Shown here in pieces: positions 42,815 to 52,371 of a stretch of 64,000 bases of DNA. This DNA comes from Promethearchaeota archaeon (GTDB lineage: Archaea > Asgardarchaeota > Lokiarchaeia > Sigyniarchaeales > SOKP01): NCBI GenBank assembly GCA_019058365.1, contig JAHPZE010000002.1, positions 192,001 through 256,000 of the forward strand, written 5' to 3'. A program made the position numbers and the translations under genes. Below the pieces are notes generated by a model. The model ran no database searches and was not told the origin of the DNA. It worked only from the letters and a program-made list of their open reading frames with translations. Within the stretch, counting starts at the first letter, position 1. Every line of letters begins with the position of its first letter.

Positions 42815-43840
42815 CTATACTTTTGGGTATAAAATTTCATCAGCAGAGATATTTTCTCCGTAAACTTCGAAAGCAAGATTTCTCAATCCATCTAATCCAA
42901 TAGGTTCTTCTCTAAGCTTTTCTGATTCCCAAATTTTTAACTTTTTAAATTCTTTTTTAATTTCTAATGTATATTTTAGTTGTTGTAATCTAATCTTAGT
43001 ACAAAAATCACATTTTTTTGGTTCTGGAGTAATCATATTAATATGAACGCCCTCTAATTTAATATATCGCATTGTTAAGTCTCTAGCTCTTTTTATTTCT
43101 TCAAAACTTGGTTTTTCAGCTATAGTTACTAATCTAAGTGACCCTATATCATGAATTAGATCTGATATTCTTTCTCCTCGTCTTTCTAATTCAACAATCA
43201 TATTAAAAATCTCTTTTCCCAATTCTCGTCTTTTTTCATAATTATCAAATGGTTTGATTATATTTCTCCACACTTTTGAAACATTTCGAATCGCACCCTT
43301 AATAGAATTATAAAAATTTAATGAGTACTTAAGCATTACTTTGACCTGGTCTTCAGGAATCTCAAAAAGAGTAATCATGTTTGCCGTTGGAGGAAAATCT
43401 GCAATTATTATATCAAATTGAATTTCTTGAGTATTAATATCTTCAGCATCTAATATTTTTTGAAAAAACATTGCATTTTTTAGTGCTAATGGAATAGAAT
43501 CAGCTGTAAATGTAGTATCTATAAATTTCTCGATTTGAGGAATCATCCCTACTAAAGGCATTTGACTCATAAGGATTTTCATTTTTTCTATTAACTCTTT
43601 AGTATATTTCTTAGCATAACTATCAGCATCAGGTTCTATTCCCCAAAGATTTTTTGTTAGCTGAGTTAGTTTATTTCCAATCTCTATTTGGAATAAGTCA
43701 CTAAGATTATGAGCCATATCAAAAGAAATTAGAAGAATATTTTTATAAGGAAGTAAATCTGAAAGTAATACTGCTGTAGAAGCGCTAATCGAACTCTTTC
43801 CTACCCCTCCTTTTCCACCTAAAACAATAATTTTTTCCAT
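42815..43840 (-). CDS. ArsA/Get3(TRC40)-family ATPase
   Basis: GGKGGVGKS, SFDMAHNLSD, C-terminal CDFC, EPIG. Confidence 0.88.
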   Translation of the reverse strand: MEKIIVLGGKGGVGKSSISASTAVLLSDLLPYKNILLISFDMAHNLSDLFQIEIGNKLTQLTKNLWGIEPDADSYAKKYTKELIEKMKILMSQMPLVGMIPQIEKFIDTTFTADSIPLALKNAMFFQKILDAEDINTQEIQFDIIIADFPPTANMITLFEIPEDQVKVMLKYSLNFYNSIKGAIRNVSKVWRNIIKPFDNYEKRRELGKEIFNMIVELERRGERISDLIHDIGSLRLVTIAEKPSFEEIKRARDLTMRYIKLEGVHINMITPEPKKCDFCTKIRLQQLKYTLEIKKEFKKLKIWESEKLREEPIGLDGLRNLAFEVYGENISADEILYPKV

Positions 43841-44393
43841 ATTTCGATTTTAATTTAGAAAGTCTGATTTATTATATCAAAAACAAAAATAACATAAAAA
43901 ACTAACCAAATAGCAATAATTTCAATATTAATATTCTTTCATCAAGAATTAGCAAAAAATAAATATCTTGAACGATTTTATTAATATAGAATATTAAAAA
44001 TTATCAAAAATATTAATTAAATCATCAATTATATTAATTAGTTATATCAATACATCATAATTCTTAATCAAATATATAAATTCATTAAATAATTTTATAA
44101 ATTAAATAACGCAATTAATAGAATAAATCAAATAAACAATTAATTAAAAAAATTATCAATTCAGTAAATCAAAATTATTGTTCAGACTTATAATAAACCA
44201 TAAGAAGTAGATCTATATTTCAAGCTTAATAAAAATTCATAGATTTCATTAAAAGACTAAAAATTCAAGATTTTAGTTAGAAATAATTAATTTAGTATTG
44301 GTTCTAAATCAAATGGATAGAATCTGCTTCTACTTTATAAGTATCACTTTATATTTTGATTTATTGGAGATTTAAACAAATCAAAAAAAAGAA

Positions 44394-45578
44394 GTGATAA
44401 AAATTACAAATCAATCAGAATTTACTACAAAATATATTATTGAAGTTAAGTTCAAAATTATGGGTGTAGTTGAGAAATCAGATATCGTTGGAGCAATATT
44501 TGGGCAAACGGAAGGTCTTCTATTAGATCTTGATTTAAGGGATTTACAGAAGTCGGGAAGGATTGGTAGAATAGAGGTTGAAAATGAATCAAAAGAAGGA
44601 ATTTCGAAAGGTATTATAAATATTCCATCCTCTTTAACGAGAAAGGAAACTGCATTATTGGCAGCAACTGTTGAAACTGTTTCTCGTGTGGGGCCATGCG
44701 AAGCAGAAATTACACTTATCGAAATTCGGGATGTTCGCGAAACTAAACGACAACAAATAATAGAAAGAGCAGCAGAACTTTTAAAAGAATGGGATCAAAA
44801 ATCCCTAGAACAAAGTGAGATAGAAGAACAAATTGATACAGATATAAAACTTGGAGAGATTATTTCATGGGGCTCAGAAAGTCTTCCTGCAGGCCCAGAA
44901 GTGGATAGTAATCCAGAATTAATTATTGTAGAAGGTCGAGCTGATGTTTTAAATCTATTAAGAATTGGAGTTAAAAACACGATTGCCGTTCAAGGAACTC
45001 AAGTTCCAAAGTCAGTAATTAAATTAGCTAAACAAAAAAAATCAGTAATAGCATTTGTCGATGGAGACCGTGGTGGAACGATTATTCTTAATGAATTATT
45101 ACAAGTTGCTAAGATTGATCATGTAGCTAGGGCTCCTAATGGATCGGAAGTAGAAGAATTAACCCGAAAGCAGATGATAAAAGCATTGCAAAACAAAAAA
45201 CCAGCAAAAACTTTTAAAGTTATGAAAGAAAAAGATAAAATTCAAAAAAGAAATGGCGATATTGATGGAAGTATTCAGAAAATTTTAAAAAAATTAAAAA
45301 TAAAAGATGAAACAGTAATTATTAAAGCTATACAGAATATACAACCAGGTTTTGCTATTGGATTTAATAAGGCTCTTGAAAAATTATTTGATATGCCCGT
45401 AGGTGAAATTTTCGAAAAAATTAGAAATTTTAAAGATACCCAGTATTTAATAATTGATGGTATTTTGTCAAAAAGGCTCCTTTCACTTTCAATCAATATG
45501 AAAATTAAATTAATTGTAAGTAAAAATAAAGAAGAAGAATTAGTTATTCCAGAAAATATCTTAGTCTGGTTCTTTTAA
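44394..45578 (+). CDS. dnaG: Archaeal DnaG (TOPRIM, exosome-associated)
   Basis: DIVGAIFGQTEGL, VEGRADV, DGDRGG. Confidence 0.95.
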   Translation: MIKITNQSEFTTKYIIEVKFKIMGVVEKSDIVGAIFGQTEGLLLDLDLRDLQKSGRIGRIEVENESKEGISKGIINIPSSLTRKETALLAATVETVSRVGPCEAEITLIEIRDVRETKRQQIIERAAELLKEWDQKSLEQSEIEEQIDTDIKLGEIISWGSESLPAGPEVDSNPELIIVEGRADVLNLLRIGVKNTIAVQGTQVPKSVIKLAKQKKSVIAFVDGDRGGTIILNELLQVAKIDHVARAPNGSEVEELTRKQMIKALQNKKPAKTFKVMKEKDKIQKRNGDIDGSIQKILKKLKIKDETVIIKAIQNIQPGFAIGFNKALEKLFDMPVGEIFEKIRNFKDTQYLIIDGILSKRLLSLSINMKIKLIVSKNKEEELVIPENILVWFF

Positions 45579-45592
45579 AAATTTACTTCATC

Positions 45593-45829
45593 TCAACCAA
45601 TAGGTATAATTTGAAAAATTGATTGAAATATATATGAAACTGCACCTAAAAGGATAATACCTATCGCACAAATTTTGAATACTAAGAAATATTCTTTTTT
45701 TGTAGGTTTATTTGCAATTTTAATTATTCTTTTTGAGTTTTGGAAGAATGAAACCAGTCTTTCATATAATCCTGGTTTTTTCTGTTTGTTAGTCTTCGAA
45801 TAATTCTCATATTTCGGATAATTTGACAC
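45593..45829 (-). CDS. secE: Protein translocase SecE/Sec61-gamma
   Basis: RIIKIANKPTKKEY plus one TM helix. Confidence 0.9.
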   Translation of the reverse strand: MSNYPKYENYSKTNKQKKPGLYERLVSFFQNSKRIIKIANKPTKKEYFLVFKICAIGIILLGAVSYIFQSIFQIIPIG

Positions 45830-45891
45830 AATAAAAAAAAAGTACAGTTAGATAAAAAAGTTATCTTTTATGACGGTTATTTAAATTAGGA

Positions 45892-46782
45892 TTATATAAT
45901 TTCGAGTATGTTTGTGATAAATAGATCTCGATTAAAAGGGTCTAAATTTTCATAATTCTGCCCTGTCCCTAAAAAAATGATGGGTTTTTTTGTTTCAAAG
46001 GAAATTGACAATGCGGCACCACCTTTTGCATCAGCATCAAATTTTGTTAAAATATTGGCATCAATACCAACATGTTTTTTAAACTCTTTTGCTTGAAAAA
46101 GAGCATCATTACCTGCTAAAGAGTCACCCACAAATATACGACAATCAGGTTGAGCAATTCTACAAATTTTTTGTATTTCTATCATCAAATTTTTATCTGT
46201 AACTTGTCTTCCGGCTGTATCGATTAAAACCACATTTATATTTTTTGCTTTTGCGTGCTCTATAGCATCATACGCAACTGAAGCAGGATCTGATTTATAT
46301 TCATGCTTTATAACTCGTATTCCTACATTCTCCATGTGATAAGATAATTGCTCGATTGCTGCGGCTCGAAATGTATCTGCTGCAGCAGCAACAATTGAGA
46401 AACCATGTTTTTTTAAAAAATAAGCGATCTTTGCCATAGTGGTAGTTTTTCCTGTACCATTAACTCCAAGAAATAAAATTACATAAGGTTCACTTTTTTT
46501 CTTAATTTCTGCGATTAAATCAATTTCTTCTTCAGGTGTTAAGATCTCAGTTATAGTATCTTTTAAAGTTTCAAATAATTTCTTTTGGGTTGATTTTAAA
46601 CGCCCTATTTGTTCTCCTTTAAAAGATTCAACAATCCTATTACAAATTTCATCGGCAGTGTCAATAGCTACATCGTTACTTAAAAGAAGTAATTTTAGAT
46701 CATTAATGGCATCATCTAACTTTTTTTCTGTTAAAGTTTTTTTAACAAATGATGAAAATGTGTTTTTTAGTTTCTCGAGCAT
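45892..46782 (-). CDS. ftsY: SRP receptor FtsY
   Basis: GVNGTGKTT, DTFRAAA, DTAGR, TKFD, GTGQ. Confidence 0.95.
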   Translation of the reverse strand: MLEKLKNTFSSFVKKTLTEKKLDDAINDLKLLLLSNDVAIDTADEICNRIVESFKGEQIGRLKSTQKKLFETLKDTITEILTPEEEIDLIAEIKKKSEPYVILFLGVNGTGKTTTMAKIAYFLKKHGFSIVAAAADTFRAAAIEQLSYHMENVGIRVIKHEYKSDPASVAYDAIEHAKAKNINVVLIDTAGRQVTDKNLMIEIQKICRIAQPDCRIFVGDSLAGNDALFQAKEFKKHVGIDANILTKFDADAKGGAALSISFETKKPIIFLGTGQNYENLDPFNRDLFITNILEII

Positions 46783-46847
46783 TTATTTCTCCGTAGAATT
46801 GTGAAAAATAATTAAGATTATAACAAGTTTAATATAAAAAATTATTC

Positions 46848-47267
46848 TTATGTGTAATTTCTTTGAATATTTTGAGAAATTTCTTTAAGGTTTAGATCTA
46901 TATTTTGTATTTGTGTGGTTAAAAACTGTACTTGTTCATTATGTTGTTCAATTAATTTATTAAGAAATTCAAGGGCTCCATCTAAATCCTTCTCAATGAA
47001 TACATCTTGAGTTACAGCTAATAAAACTTTCTCTGGTTCTTTAATAGATGCCTTAGTATATACTAATCCTCCAATTGGAACAAGAATTTCATCATTTTCA
47101 TTTATTCCCTCTTTTAAGTTTTCAATGGTTCTCTTAGTATTCAAAACATTTGCTAAAGAGGCATTTATCATTTCTAATTGATTCTGAAACATTTCGCTTT
47201 GTTCTTTAAAGTATCGAAATTTTAATAATTGTTCTTGGTACTCTTGAGATTGTTCCATCTTTATCAA
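46848..47267 (-). CDS. pfdA: Prefoldin alpha
   Basis: EILVPIGG hairpin, coiled coils, gene order. Confidence 0.9.
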   Translation of the reverse strand: MIKMEQSQEYQEQLLKFRYFKEQSEMFQNQLEMINASLANVLNTKRTIENLKEGINENDEILVPIGGLVYTKASIKEPEKVLLAVTQDVFIEKDLDGALEFLNKLIEQHNEQVQFLTTQIQNIDLNLKEISQNIQRNYT

Positions 47268-47288
47268 ATCTTTTAGTAGTTTTCTTGA

Positions 47289-47516
47289 TTATTCTGATAA
47301 TTCTCGGATGAGATAATCTTGAGATTCTTCTAGAGATATTTCTCCAATTTCTTGAATGTTGATTTGACGTCTGTAAATTCCAATTGAGGTAATTTGAGAT
47401 AGTACTTTTTCAAGAGCCTCTTCTTCTTTCAAGGCACGTACTTCTTTTCTAAATAAATACTTTTTATGATCTTTATTATAATTACCAATAATTCTGAAAA
47501 TTTTAATCTCTGACAT
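47289..47516 (-). CDS. rpl18a: Ribosomal protein L18ae/LX
   Basis: KIFRIIG...FRKEVRALKEEEALEK. Confidence 0.88.
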   Translation of the reverse strand: MSEIKIFRIIGNYNKDHKKYLFRKEVRALKEEEALEKVLSQITSIGIYRRQINIQEIGEISLEESQDYLIRELSE

Positions 47517-47654
47517 AACTTATTTAAACCACTGTTTCAAAGCTTTTAAAATACGATAATATTTCTAAAAATATTAAATTTTGTATTTCAATCCATGTAG
47601 GATTTTAAAGCAAATTAGATATAAATAAAGAGATCGCAAATTTTTATATCTAGT

Positions 47655-48323
47655 CTATAAATGTAAAACACTTGTAATACGCATTAATTCGGGACCAGTA
47701 CAATTAACCCCAAAAATTCCGCTCTCATCGTTAACTATTGCTCCAGACCTTAAATAAGGCACTCCACGATTTACAGTCGATACATCCACTTCATCGACCT
47801 TTAGAATGGAAGATATAATTTCGATTTCACTATCAGTTGATAGAGGATGTACTAAGCAACCAAAATTATTCGCTAATGAGATTGATCCGGGGAGATAATA
47901 GTCCGCAAATTCGTAAATAACAACCTCAACATTTAGAATATCTTCAATCTCTGTTTTATAATTTTCTAAGAAAGAGCTGATTATTGCGCCTTTATCGTTA
48001 CATAAGATTAAATTACCAAAAGCATTATCAATTGATTTTAGAACTCCAATTTGGCTCGATTCTTTCACATGTAGTTCTAAATTATTAAGCTCATCTTCTC
48101 TTATAATATGTGGTACTATTATCCCGTATTTATTTGACGCTGTATATACACCTAATAAATTAGAATTATTAATTGTAAGAGGATAAAATGGAGCCTTAAA
48201 AGTGGTTTTAAATTTCTCCAGTAATGTGCTCAGTAATGTTGGAGGATAAAGAATAAATGAATTATTGGCAGCTAGATATACTCCAATTAAACTTCGACCA
48301 AAAATCTGGGCTCTAAGGATCAT
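47655..48323 (-). CDS. eif6: Translation initiation factor 6
   Basis: GNLILCNDKGA, NNFGCLVHP, TVNRG. Confidence 0.93.
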   Translation of the reverse strand: MILRAQIFGRSLIGVYLAANNSFILYPPTLLSTLLEKFKTTFKAPFYPLTINNSNLLGVYTASNKYGIIVPHIIREDELNNLELHVKESSQIGVLKSIDNAFGNLILCNDKGAIISSFLENYKTEIEDILNVEVVIYEFADYYLPGSISLANNFGCLVHPLSTDSEIEIISSILKVDEVDVSTVNRGVPYLRSGAIVNDESGIFGVNCTGPELMRITSVLHL

Positions 48324-48453
48324 TATTCTATTTTTAATTTGTGAATTGCTTAATTTTTGCTATTGATATTTTTGAGATTTGATTTTAATTCTTTAAATTA
48401 TATGTTTTAAAATGAGTATACTATTTTTGAATTCCTATAAAATTTAATTACCC

Positions 48454-48906
48454 CTACCCTAAATAAACGACTACTAATCCATCAATATTCTTTGTTGCCC
48501 TAACTTTTAACTTTCGTGGAGGTTTTTGAGTGGAACGTTCCCAAATCTTCTCATTAACTTCTTGAGTTATTACTAAAGATTCTGGTTTAAAGTGACGCGT
48601 CATGTATTCTCTAAGATACCTAACTGCTTTATTAGCTCGTTTATGTCTAGGCCCTTTTCGAGCTTTAGCAAGAGGAACTATGTATATTCTCTCATCTATA
48701 ATCTCTTCTTTAGGAGCTTCCTCTTCCTCAATTTCTTCTCGTTCTTCAACTCCCTCTTCAAAAATTTCACTTATTTCTTCTTCCTCAGAAATTTCATCCA
48801 GACCAAATTCTTCTATTTCTTCAATTTCTTCTGGTTCTTCAACTTCAGAATCTACTAATTCTTCTTCTAGATCATCTAAACTAATTTCTTTTTCTTTTTT
48901 TGCCAT
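48454..48906 (-). CDS. rpl31e: Ribosomal protein L31e with acidic N-terminal extension
   Basis: ERIYIVPL...RANKAV...NEKIWER..QKPPRKLKV. Confidence 0.93.
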   Translation of the reverse strand: MAKKEKEISLDDLEEELVDSEVEEPEEIEEIEEFGLDEISEEEEISEIFEEGVEEREEIEEEEAPKEEIIDERIYIVPLAKARKGPRHKRANKAVRYLREYMTRHFKPESLVITQEVNEKIWERSTQKPPRKLKVRATKNIDGLVVVYLG

Positions 48907-48933
48907 CTTATTTCAGATTCTTTTTTTTCTTAA

Positions 48934-49095
48934 TCAATCTCTTTTTAGTCGAGCATTCCTCCATGTTCTTTTCGAATAGGGACTATCTCTCACTCTACGA
49001 TTTGTTTTTATAGTAATCCAATTTGGAATTGTTTGACTTTGTTTAGCCTTTTTTGCTCTTCGCAATTTAGAAGGCAAATTCTTATTTCTCGCCAT
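48934..49095 (-). CDS. rpl39e: Ribosomal protein L39e (missing from ORF track)
   Basis: Manual translation MARNKNLPSKLRRAKKAKQSQTIPNWITIKTNRRVRDSPYSKRTWRNARLKRD. Confidence 0.93.
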   Translation of the reverse strand: MARNKNLPSKLRRAKKAKQSQTIPNWITIKTNRRVRDSPYSKRTWRNARLKRD

Positions 49096-49131
49096 AATTT
49101 CTGATCTCTTAAATATTTCTGTTTTTTGTAA

Positions 49132-49473
49132 TTATTTTTTAATATTAAATTCTTTTTTTTTTCCTATTGAAGAAATTTGTTCTAATAACTTTTTAAATGC
49201 ATTATCTGGTAAAGGTGTTGCACCTCTTAATTGTCCTGATTGAAATAATTGAATCAATTCTAACTCAATTTGTTCTGCGAATTGTGGTTTAACCATCCGA
49301 ATATTTTCTAATCTTTGCCTTCCTTCTTGGCTTAATATCTTCCTCATCAACAGATATTTTTTATTTTCAAACTCTTTTTGCTGAGCTTCTGAGATTTGTT
49401 GTTGTGCTGCTTGTTGTCTTAATTCTGCTAATTTTCTTTTTCTGATATTATCTAATTCTTCTTCGTCACTCAC
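49132..49473 (-). CDS. PDCD5-like DNA-binding protein
   Basis: ELDNIRKRKLAEL...ILSQEGRQRLENIRMVKP. Confidence 0.9.
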   Translation of the reverse strand: MSDEEELDNIRKRKLAELRQQAAQQQISEAQQKEFENKKYLLMRKILSQEGRQRLENIRMVKPQFAEQIELELIQLFQSGQLRGATPLPDNAFKKLLEQISSIGKKKEFNIKK

Positions 49474-49504
49474 AATAACTCCCTAAATTTTACAAATTTT
49501 ATAT

Positions 49505-49924
49505 TTAATGCCTTAAAATTGCATAAGCTGTTCGTTCTAATAAACTTGTACCTTCTGTGGAGACGGTTCTTCCTTCTTTTTCCATCTTGTCAATTAACTT
49601 TGCATTCTCTAACTGTTGCAAAGCTACTCTTATTATTTTTCCACTTCCTTTTGCAGAATGATTCAGCCCTGGTCCTCTTCGATTTCTCCCACCATAAAAT
49701 TTCCTAAGTTTATTTACACCTATTGGTTCAAATTTCTTTACTTTTCTAAGAATTGAAGCACATCTGATAAACCAAAAATTTTCAGTGTCTTCTGGTGCTA
49801 ATTCTTTAAAAAATGCTGTTTTCCAAAACTCTGAACCTTTTGGAGGAGAAATTTCTGGATAACCTTTTAATTTTTCTGCTAATGTTTTTACAAGTTTTTC
49901 CGGTTGAACAACAAATATAGACAT
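49505..49924 (-). CDS. rps19e: Ribosomal protein S19e
   Basis: KELAP, WFIRCASILRK, GSGKIIRVALQQLE. Confidence 0.95.
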   Translation of the reverse strand: MSIFVVQPEKLVKTLAEKLKGYPEISPPKGSEFWKTAFFKELAPEDTENFWFIRCASILRKVKKFEPIGVNKLRKFYGGRNRRGPGLNHSAKGSGKIIRVALQQLENAKLIDKMEKEGRTVSTEGTSLLERTAYAILRH

Positions 49925-50043
49925 ACATTAAAAAAAGAACTTAAAATTAAAAATTTTATTATTTTAGGAACAAAATATGGGTTATACCGAAGATTTTAAA
50001 CAGTGAAAAGTCCAAATGGTTAGATGTTTAATATTTGCTATCG

Positions 50044-50526
50044 TCAGCTTATTAAGTTTGATTTTTCAAATTGATATCCTTCAAGGACTTTCAAACCCTC
50101 TTCTATTAATACAGGGCCGATGATTTCTATCCACTGGTGAGGTTTAAGAAGGGTTCGACAATCTGTTTTGGTCGATCCGCCACTGATCTTTTGGAGTATT
50201 TTTTGCGAAACGCTAAAGACGATCTTGGTGATCCGCGCCCAAAACACCGCTCCTGAGCAAAGCATACATGGTTCCGCACTACAATACAAGCTAAATCCTT
50301 CCAAGTTCATAAGTTTGTTCCTTTGACAATAATCCCGAATTAGCAGATTTTCTGCATGCGCGGTAGGGTCAGAAGTGGCATAAATCTGATTCCCTCTTTC
50401 TGCTACGATCTCATTATTTTTGACTAGTATAGCACCAAACGGTTCTTGTCCATTCTCTCGTGCTTGCTTAGCCAATTGGATGGCACGTCGTAGAAAAAAT
50501 TCGTCTCTTTCATTCATAATAATCAT
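50044..50526 (-). CDS. Nucleoside/guanine deaminase (TadA/CDA family)
   Basis: PFGA, HAE, EPCMLC. Confidence 0.9.
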   Translation of the reverse strand: MIIMNERDEFFLRRAIQLAKQARENGQEPFGAILVKNNEIVAERGNQIYATSDPTAHAENLLIRDYCQRNKLMNLEGFSLYCSAEPCMLCSGAVFWARITKIVFSVSQKILQKISGGSTKTDCRTLLKPHQWIEIIGPVLIEEGLKVLEGYQFEKSNLIS

Positions 50527-50543
50527 TCCGAGTTATAGTGGTG

Positions 50544-51455
50544 TTAGTTCTTCTCCACCAATTCGTGTACCATTGGTAAACATTTCGACAACAGATGAAA
50601 CACATCATCCAATGACTGTAATATTCCGGGATGTATTTTGTTTACCTTCATTAAATTCAACTCATCAACATCGATTATATCTGAAACACCAAGCAAAGAG
50701 ATCGCGGGTATCTTGTATAGCGCACCCAGAAGATATACTGCACAACTCTCCATATCGACCGAATTGCACTTATACAACCTCCAAGTGTTAATAGCTTCGA
50801 GCGGTTCACAAAAAAGAGTATCCGAGCTCCAGAGAATATCTTGTCGCTCCCGCCGATTCCGCTCCCCTTTATTATTATTAAATATAGCATAAATCGACTC
50901 AGGACTGTCTACCGACCAATAACTACCGTTTAGGCTTGGATATTTCCAAGTTTCTAAAGTTTCTATAACGTGATTTTGAAATAACCGATTGTCTATCAAG
51001 TGGGCTGCATTTTCCTGTAAATATTGTAAAGAAGTTCCATCAGTAAGAAAAACAGTCTTCGGAATAACCATACTTCCAAGATCCAACCCCGTTTCTATAG
51101 AATGATTATTTTCCAAGGTGGTTTTTAATCCTCCGCAAAAGTCTATGCGAATGGCGGCCTTACAATGGCAAATTTTAAGGACTTCCATTATCATTGCTGT
51201 GTTGGGGCTCCCCATGTTCGTCTGGATTATGGATACTTCAACATTATTCAATTTTCCATTGCAAACCAGTCCATGAATGCTCCTCTTTTTCAATTTATGG
51301 ACAATGTATCGCATGACTGTGTTAACGGCGGGAAGGATAACAATGGGGCGAATATTTTTGGGAAATGTCTCGAGGAACATATAGGAGAGTTTTGCTTCAA
51401 CGGAAATGAACTTTAGAGCCATATTGGCAATTCCCGCTTTTATCTTATTTAACAT
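50544..51455 (-). CDS. Nucleoside phosphorylase family protein
   Basis: MGSPN, CGGL, SSD, VDMES, VSD. Confidence 0.8.
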   Translation of the reverse strand: MLNKIKAGIANMALKFISVEAKLSYMFLETFPKNIRPIVILPAVNTVMRYIVHKLKKRSIHGLVCNGKLNNVEVSIIQTNMGSPNTAMIMEVLKICHCKAAIRIDFCGGLKTTLENNHSIETGLDLGSMVIPKTVFLTDGTSLQYLQENAAHLIDNRLFQNHVIETLETWKYPSLNGSYWSVDSPESIYAIFNNNKGERNRRERQDILWSSDTLFCEPLEAINTWRLYKCNSVDMESCAVYLLGALYKIPAISLLGVSDIIDVDELNLMKVNKIHPGILQSLDDVFHLLSKCLPMVHELVEKN

Positions 51456-51682
51456 GGGATTCTAATTTTAATATAATATAAGAATTAAATTTACACTCTT
51501 TCATATTTTTAATAAAATAATTAAAACTCACAATTATAAAATTATTATCAAAATTTACTTTAACTTGTCTATAGCTACTTTTTTTAATAAGATGATTAAT
51601 AATAAGATCAATAAGAAGACTTAAACGATGCTATTCCTAAATATTAATATAATACTTTTAAATTAAAAATTTTCCGTATTTT

Positions 51683-51970
51683 TTGAGTTCTAGGACGATG
51701 GATTATCAACGAGAATTTAAAAATGCTCTATTATCACAACCTCACTGTATTTTAGGTAAAAATGGAATATCTAATGGATTTATTGAACATGTACTTAAAT
51801 TATTAAAAAGAGATAAAATCATAAAAATCAAAGCATTGAAATCTATTGCGACAAGATCAAATATTAATGAATTAGCTAATAAAATCTCGAATTTAACAAA
51901 CTCTAACCTTCTAGATGTTAGAGGTAAAATAATTATACTTACTAATTATGATATAAAAAATTTCAATTAA
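51683..51970 (+). CDS. yhbY: YhbY/CRM RNA-binding protein
   Basis: ILGKNG, IKIKALK, DVRGKIIIL. Confidence 0.88.
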   Translation: MSSRTMDYQREFKNALLSQPHCILGKNGISNGFIEHVLKLLKRDKIIKIKALKSIATRSNINELANKISNLTNSNLLDVRGKIIILTNYDIKNFN

Positions 51971-51992
51971 AATTGCTTTCAAGAACAATTAA

Positions 51993-52337
51993 ATGCCAAA
52001 AGGTAACCAAAATCCTAAAAATATTGCAAAAAAGATTGCAAATTCCCGAATGCTTTACCTCTTTCAGAAAGCTCATGAAGTGTTTCCTAAAAATAAATAT
52101 CTATCAAATCGATATATCTATTTTGCAAGACGCTATGCTCAAAGAACTAAAATAAAAATCCCTTTTGAGTGGAAAAAACGTATATGTCCTAAATGTAAAA
52201 TGTTTTTATACCCAGGCATGAATTATAGAATAAGAATACACTCACAGAAAGGAAAAGGTTCTCATCTCTCTTTAACTTGTTTTGAGTGCGATAAGACTAC
52301 AAGATATTTCATTAAATTAAAAAGGAAAAAGAAATAG
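51993..52337 (+). CDS. rnp4: RNase P subunit Rpp21/Rpr2
   Basis: KKRICPKC...PG...TCFEC. Confidence 0.9.
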   Translation: MPKGNQNPKNIAKKIANSRMLYLFQKAHEVFPKNKYLSNRYIYFARRYAQRTKIKIPFEWKKRICPKCKMFLYPGMNYRIRIHSQKGKGSHLSLTCFECDKTTRYFIKLKRKKK

Positions 52338-52371
52338 TATCATTATTTTAATTAATAAGAGAGAGTGGTTT

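Larger units (their letters stand above)
40486..42882. mobile_element. Small integrated island bounded by direct repeats, no integrase
   Basis: About 70-bp direct repeats enclosing flavoprotein, TetR and DUF6125-like genes. Confidence 0.6.
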
